A DNA stretch of 64,000 nucleotides, taken from positions 1 to 64,000 of the forward strand of contig CBDBZY010000005.1 of the NCBI GenBank assembly GCA_965213685.1, read 5' to 3'. The DNA comes from a bacterium (lineage in GTDB: Bacteria > UBA8248). Shown one piece after another: positions 58,754 through 64,000 of this stretch (position 1 is the first letter of the stretch; each line of letters opens with the position of its first letter). A program made the translations under genes and the position numbers. The notes beneath the pieces were generated by a model. That model was not told the DNA's origin and did not search any database. It saw only the letters and a list, made by a program, of their open reading frames with translations.

Positions 58754-59662
58754 ATGACCACGAAAAACGCACTCGACAACTTGCAGGTGTTGCCGACGGG
58801 AAGCGCCCTGGGCGCCGAGGTCCGGGGGGTCGATTTCGCCCGGCCCGTGCCCGGGGAGGTGGCCGACGCCCTGCGCGCCGCCTGGACAGAACACCTCGTC
58901 CTGCTGTTTCGGGATCAGGAGCTGACCGAGGAGCAACACCTCGACGCCACGCGCATCTTCGGCGAGGCCCAGGTGGGCGCCGCCAAGGCTTACTACGACA
59001 AGGCGGGGAAGAAGCAGGCCTGGGCCGCCAGGCACCCGGAAATCACCGTCATCCACAACCTGGACGAAAACGGGAATCCCGTGCAGGCAAACGAAAGCCT
59101 GGGGAGCGGCGAGGTCGTCTGGCACAGCGACAACTCCTACGTCGAGAAACCGCCCGCCGGCAGCATGCTCTACGGCCGGACGCTGCCCCCCTCGGGCGGC
59201 GACACCTGCTTCAGCAACCAGTACGTCGCCTACGAGACCCTGCCCGAGGAGGTGAAGGCGAGAATCGAGGACAAAACCGCCGTCCACGACTCGAGCAGAA
59301 ACTCCGCGGGCACGCTCCGGCCCGGCGTCCGGATGCCGACGAAGCCCTCCGAGGTGCCGGGGCCGCACCACCCCCTCGTGCGCACGCACCCCGCCTCCGG
59401 GAGGCGGGCACTCTACCTGGGCCGCAGGCGGGATTATCCCTCGCAGTACATCGACGGCCTCCGGGAGGAGGAGAGCGAGGAGCTCCTCGATTTCCTGTGG
59501 GCACACGCCTGCCGCCCCGAACTGGTGTGGGCGCACCGGTGGCGGCCCGGAGACGTCCTCCTCTGGGACAACCGCTGCACCATGCACTACCGCGAACCCC
59601 ACGCGGGCACGCACCCGCGCGTCATGCACCGCACCCAGATACAGGGCGACCAGCCGGTATGA
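58754..59662 (+). CDS. TauD/TfdA family Fe(II)/2-oxoglutarate dioxygenase
   Basis: WHSD facial triad, GGDT, HPLVRTHP, WDNRCTMH. Confidence 0.93.
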   Translation: MTTKNALDNLQVLPTGSALGAEVRGVDFARPVPGEVADALRAAWTEHLVLLFRDQELTEEQHLDATRIFGEAQVGAAKAYYDKAGKKQAWAARHPEITVIHNLDENGNPVQANESLGSGEVVWHSDNSYVEKPPAGSMLYGRTLPPSGGDTCFSNQYVAYETLPEEVKARIEDKTAVHDSSRNSAGTLRPGVRMPTKPSEVPGPHHPLVRTHPASGRRALYLGRRRDYPSQYIDGLREEESEELLDFLWAHACRPELVWAHRWRPGDVLLWDNRCTMHYREPHAGTHPRVMHRTQIQGDQPV

Positions 59663-59870
59663 CCCTCCGGCGAGGCCGCAGGCGAAAAGCGTCCCGCTCC
59701 TTCCGGCATGCGGGGCAAACCGCCGGGGTTCGGGCCCGGATTCTCTTTTCAGGCCGTATGGAGTTTGATACCCTGATCTCATCCAATGGACATGGATTGC
59801 CGGGGGGCGGGCCGGTGGCCGGGTGCGCTCCGTCCCGCTCCGCGAACCCCCTTGGCGAAGGAAACGCCTC

Positions 59871-61106
59871 ATGTATCTGAACGCAGAGCGCGCGCGCGGG
59901 CTGATGAAGGATTTCGGCTTCGACGCCGTCATCGCCAGCACGCCCGAGAACGTCACCTATCTGGCGGGCACCGTGGGCTGGTCGAACAAGGTCTACGCCT
60001 ACTCCGTGCACATGTTCGCCGTCTTCGCCCGCGACGAGGGGGTGGCACCCGCCCTCGTCGTGCCGGGCCAGGAGGTCACCTACGTCTCGGCCCAGCAGCC
60101 CTGGATAGAGGACCTCTACACCTTCGGCGGCAAGAGCGCGCTCATACAGCCGCCGGGGGAGGCGCCCCGCACGCCCGAGGAGGAAACCTACCTCGGCTTG
60201 TACAACAACGACGCGAGGCGCGGTGCCAACCCGGGACAGGCCCTCGGCATGGCCATCAAGGAGCGCGGGCTGGAGAAGGGCAGGCTCGCACTCGACCAGG
60301 AGCGCGTCACCCCCCTCGTGCGCGCGCAGATAGAGGCGGCCCTGCCCGAAGCCGAGATCGTGGAGGCCGCGGATTTCCTCCGCCTCATCCGGATGGTGAA
60401 GACGCCGGACGAGATCGCCGCCCTCGCCGCGGCCGCCCGCGTGAACGAGAAGGCGGGCATCGCGGCCTCGAACGCGGTGGCCGAGGGGGCGACCGAGTGC
60501 GAGGTGGCCTCCGTCTTCGCGGCGGAGGTGGGGCGCATGGGCGGCAAGTGGCAGTGGTTCCACTTCTGCTCGGGACGCCGCGCGACGGGCATATTTCCGC
60601 CCACGGACAAGAAGATCGCCAAAGGCGAGATGTGGAAGTTCGACGCGGGCGTCGTTCTGGAGAACTACCAGGGAGACACCGGCTGGGGGGGCGTCCTGGG
60701 CGAGCCCACCCGGGCGCAGCGCGACCTGTGGAAGGCGACCGAGGCGGGCTTCGAGGCCGCACTCGCGCAAGTGCGCGCGGGCGCGCGCGGCTCCACCATC
60801 TACAGAACCATGCTCGAGGCCACGCGCGCGGCGGGGCTGCCCGCACACAACGGGAACTTCGCCGGCCACGCCATCGGCCTGGAGCAGCGCGAGGTGCCCT
60901 ACGTGCTCTCGGACCCGGCGCCTCAGGGCAGCCCCTTCCTGCCGGAATCGAGCGACTTCCCGCTCGAGGCGGGCACGACGCTCTGCATCGAGAATCCCTG
61001 CCAGATATTCGGCATGGGGGGAACCCAGATAGAGAAAACCATCGTCGTCACCGAAACCGGCTACGAGTTCATCTACCCGCAGGAGAGGAAGCTCTGGATC
61101 GCCTGA
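59871..61106 (+). CDS. M24 (Xaa-Pro peptidase-like) family protein
   Basis: PENVTYLAG, KTPDEI, FDAG, GDTG, GHAIGL, CIEN, QIEKT. Confidence 0.88.
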   Translation: MYLNAERARGLMKDFGFDAVIASTPENVTYLAGTVGWSNKVYAYSVHMFAVFARDEGVAPALVVPGQEVTYVSAQQPWIEDLYTFGGKSALIQPPGEAPRTPEEETYLGLYNNDARRGANPGQALGMAIKERGLEKGRLALDQERVTPLVRAQIEAALPEAEIVEAADFLRLIRMVKTPDEIAALAAAARVNEKAGIAASNAVAEGATECEVASVFAAEVGRMGGKWQWFHFCSGRRATGIFPPTDKKIAKGEMWKFDAGVVLENYQGDTGWGGVLGEPTRAQRDLWKATEAGFEAALAQVRAGARGSTIYRTMLEATRAAGLPAHNGNFAGHAIGLEQREVPYVLSDPAPQGSPFLPESSDFPLEAGTTLCIENPCQIFGMGGTQIEKTIVVTETGYEFIYPQERKLWIA

Positions 61107-61154
61107 TGAAGTCGCGCGGCCGGACGATTTCCCCCCCTGCCTGAGGAATTTCGC

Positions 61155-61922
61155 ATGTGCGCGAGGAGATTCATCGATTTAAGCACCCCCATCATGAACG
61201 GCTCGAACGAACCCCGCCCGCCCGAGGTCACCTACCTCGACCACGAGGAGTTCGGCGCACGCTCCGCCAGGGGCTGGGGCATCCCGATGGAGGCGCTGCA
61301 CGACGGCGTGGGCGGGGCGGCGGAGTTCGTCACCATCTCCACCCACTCGGCCACCCACATGGACGCCCCCTGGCACTACGGCCCCACCGTGGCGGGTGTG
61401 CCGGCGCGAAAAATAGACGAGGTGCCCCTCGAGTGGTGCTACGGGGACGGCGTCGTGCTCGACCTGCGGCACAAGAAAACGGGCGAGTGGATCACCGAGG
61501 AGGACGTCCGGGCGTGTCTCGCCAACATCGACTACGAGGTCAAGGCGGGCGACATCGTCCTCCTGTGGACGGGCACCGACGCGCACCGGGACAGCCCCGA
61601 CTACCCGGAACTCCACCCGGGCATGAGCATTCCGGCGACGGAGTATCTCCTGGATCGCGGCGTGCGCGTCATCGCCATCGACGCGTTCGGCTTCGACAGG
61701 CCCTTCAGCTTCCAGGTGCCCGAGTTCAAGGCGGGCAGGCGCGAGTCGCTGATGCCCTGCCACCACATCCTGGGCAGGAGGCGCGAGTATTTTCAAATCG
61801 AGCAGATCGCCAACATCGGCGCCATACCCCGTCCCCACGGCTTCCAGGTTTGCTGCTTTCCCGTCAACGTGAAGGACGCGAGCGGTGCGTGGGTGCGTCC
61901 GGTTGCGATAGTGGAGGATTGA
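61155..61922 (+). CDS. Cyclase / kynurenine formamidase family metal-dependent hydrolase
   Basis: HSATHMDAPWH motif, GDGVVLD, ASGAWVRPVA. Confidence 0.92.
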   Translation: MCARRFIDLSTPIMNGSNEPRPPEVTYLDHEEFGARSARGWGIPMEALHDGVGGAAEFVTISTHSATHMDAPWHYGPTVAGVPARKIDEVPLEWCYGDGVVLDLRHKKTGEWITEEDVRACLANIDYEVKAGDIVLLWTGTDAHRDSPDYPELHPGMSIPATEYLLDRGVRVIAIDAFGFDRPFSFQVPEFKAGRRESLMPCHHILGRRREYFQIEQIANIGAIPRPHGFQVCCFPVNVKDASGAWVRPVAIVED

Positions 61923-61971
61923 ACCGAGGCGTTTTCGCGGAATCGAAACCACTGACAGGAGGAGTCCTCTC

Positions 61972-63114
61972 ATGAAACAGTTCCGACGCATTGCCCCCGT
62001 CATCGCCCTCGCCGCATGCATCGCCCTCGCCGCTCCGGGAGCGTCGCCCGCGGCCCCCCAAAAACTCCAGAACATCAAGGTGACGATGGCCAACCCGCTG
62101 TTCAACCCGGGCATCTCCTTTCTGTGGATCGGGAATTTCCTGGGCTACTATCAGGAAAACGGCGTGGACGCGCAGTTCGTCGCCGCCCAGGGCGGTGCCC
62201 AGGCGATGGGCTGGGTGCTCTCCGGCCGCACCCACGTCGGCCTGCCGCGGCCCATCCCCATCCTCTTCCGCGCCGCGCGCGGAAAGAAGATGCCCCCCGT
62301 CAAGGGCGTCTACATCCTGAACCGCGACGCCATCTACGCCGATGGCGTGGCCGTGCCGCCGGGCAGCGCGATCAAATCCGTCTGCGACCTGCAGGGCAAG
62401 AAGGTGGGCGTCATGAGCCAGCGCGACTCAGGGCCCATTTTCGTGCGAAAGGCACTGGAGACTTGCGGCGTCCCCGCCAAGGATCAGAGGGTCACCTACC
62501 TTCCGGTCGGGCCGGTCTCGAAAGCGGCCACCGCCATGAAGCTCGGCCGCGTGGACGCCTGGGCGAACGTGGACATCCAGTACACCCTGGCGCGCGCGCG
62601 GGGATTCCAGTTCGACATCATCCCCTATCAAAAGGAGTGGACCCGGAACCTGTTCGGCAACGTGGTCTGGATCAACAAGAAATACCTGGCGAACAACCGG
62701 GAAACCGTGGTGGGCTTCCTGCGCGGCCTGGCGAAGGGCAGCCTCTTCTTCTACACGAACCCCGCCGCGGCACTCCAGGTGCACTGGGTGCTCTACCCCG
62801 AGTCGAAACCCAAGGGCATGAGCGACAAGGAGGCCACCGCCCTGATGCTCCAGGTGCTCCAGGCGCGCGCGCCGAAGCTGCGCCTCGACGATGAGAAAAT
62901 CCAGAAATTCGGCGCCCACCACGACGGCGAGTGGAAGGAGTACGTGAAATTCGTGGGCCTCGACAAGACACTGAGCGACGCGCAGGTGAAATCCCTCTAC
63001 ACGAACGATCTGATCGACGAGGTCAACAATTTCGACCGCAACGCGGTCATCCAGCGGGCCAGGAACTTCGACTTCGCCAAGGAGCTCCGGCGCTTCCGGG
63101 CCACGCAGAAATGA
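61972..63114 (+). CDS. ABC transporter substrate-binding protein (NMT1/THI5/TauA-like)
   Basis: Signal peptide, GYYQENG, DLQGKKVGV, FLRGLAKG. Confidence 0.88.
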   Translation: MKQFRRIAPVIALAACIALAAPGASPAAPQKLQNIKVTMANPLFNPGISFLWIGNFLGYYQENGVDAQFVAAQGGAQAMGWVLSGRTHVGLPRPIPILFRAARGKKMPPVKGVYILNRDAIYADGVAVPPGSAIKSVCDLQGKKVGVMSQRDSGPIFVRKALETCGVPAKDQRVTYLPVGPVSKAATAMKLGRVDAWANVDIQYTLARARGFQFDIIPYQKEWTRNLFGNVVWINKKYLANNRETVVGFLRGLAKGSLFFYTNPAAALQVHWVLYPESKPKGMSDKEATALMLQVLQARAPKLRLDDEKIQKFGAHHDGEWKEYVKFVGLDKTLSDAQVKSLYTNDLIDEVNNFDRNAVIQRARNFDFAKELRRFRATQK

Positions 63115-63127
63115 TGCGGGAAACGGC

Positions 63128-64000
63128 ATGAAGACCGCCGGCCAAAGGAGGGAGCCGCCCAGGAGCGTGGAGGCGCTGCTGCTGGACAGACCCTACCTGC
63201 TGTTCGCCATCTCCTTCGTGGTGCTGCTCATCGTCTGGGAGTGGGCGGTGCGCTACTTCGAGGTGGACGACTTCATCTTCCCCGCCCCCTCTGGGGTGGC
63301 GACGGCGCTTCTGCGCGGCCTGTTCTTCTACGATGCGGGCGGCGGCGTCGGCTCCGCCGCCGACTTCATGGGGCTGATGAAAACCAGCTTCTACAACCAC
63401 ATCAGCCACACCCTGTTCGAGGCCGTCATGGGCTTTTTCATGGGCAGCCTCATAGGCCTGGGGCTGGGGCTGGCGTTCATGCAGTCGAGATGGGTCGAGG
63501 CGATCATCATGCCCTACGTGGTGGCGTTTCAGACGCTGCCCAAGCTCGCCATCGCGCCCCTGTTCATCATCTGGTTCGGCTACGAGGTGAAGTCCAAAAT
63601 CTTTCTGGCCGGCCTCGTGGCGTTCTTCCCGCTCCTGGTGAACACCATGGTGGGGCTGAAGTCCGCCGCGACGGACCAGATCGACCTGATGCGCTCGCTC
63701 TCCGCCTCCCGCTGGCAGATGTTCTGGAAGATGCAGTTTCCCAACGCCCTGCCCTTCATCTTCGCCGGCTTCGAGATCGCGGTCGTCTTCAGCCTCCTGG
63801 GCGCCATCTTGGGCGAGTTCGTCGGCGCGGGGCAGTGCATGTGGGGCGGGCGCGGCCAGTGCGGCCTGGGGATTCTGCTCATGCAGATGAGCTTCAGCAG
63901 CGACACCACGGGCACGTTCGCCATTCTGGTCATCCTCTCGATCATGGGCCTCGGGATGCACCAGATCGTGCGCTTCGTGAAGAAAAAGGTGCTCTTCTGG
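63128..64000 (+). CDS. ABC transporter permease (SsuC/TauC-like), runs off window edge
   Basis: FPAPS, FQTLPKLAIAPLFIIWFG, SLSASRWQMFWKMQFPNALPFIFAG. Confidence 0.88.
   Translation, partial: MKTAGQRREPPRSVEALLLDRPYLLFAISFVVLLIVWEWAVRYFEVDDFIFPAPSGVATALLRGLFFYDAGGGVGSAADFMGLMKTSFYNHISHTLFEAVMGFFMGSLIGLGLGLAFMQSRWVEAIIMPYVVAFQTLPKLAIAPLFIIWFGYEVKSKIFLAGLVAFFPLLVNTMVGLKSAATDQIDLMRSLSASRWQMFWKMQFPNALPFIFAGFEIAVVFSLLGAILGEFVGAGQCMWGGRGQCGLGILLMQMSFSSDTTGTFAILVILSIMGLGMHQIVRFVKKKVLFW

Overview
GC-rich bacterial chromosomal window (roughly 65-70% GC by eye). It is mostly metabolic genes: a CoA-transferase/B12 acyl-CoA mutase cluster, a GntR-headed catabolic operon with two bicupins, an amgK-GNAT-mshA-like-PIG-L-nagZ operon, ychF, selA/selB, heme/copper genes, egtD/egtB and a TauD-M24-cyclase-ABC cluster. 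Two defence-related regions interrupt it. (i) 25.2-34.6 kb: a type ISP restriction-modification gene carrying an in-frame (GCAA)6 tract, back-to-back with a lower-GC, translationally coupled pair of an unknown acidic protein and an SNF2 helicase (candidate undescribed defence system). (ii) 47-54.8 kb: a complete type II-C CRISPR-Cas locus with a compact 1009-aa Cas9, cas1, cas2, tracrRNA and about 37 repeats of 36 bp. The array has duplicated and chimeric spacers, and its distal end abuts an 822-bp segment holding a direct-repeat-flanked orphan gene and bounded by a repeat remnant. All calls come from reading the sequence and motifs by eye; no database searches were run.
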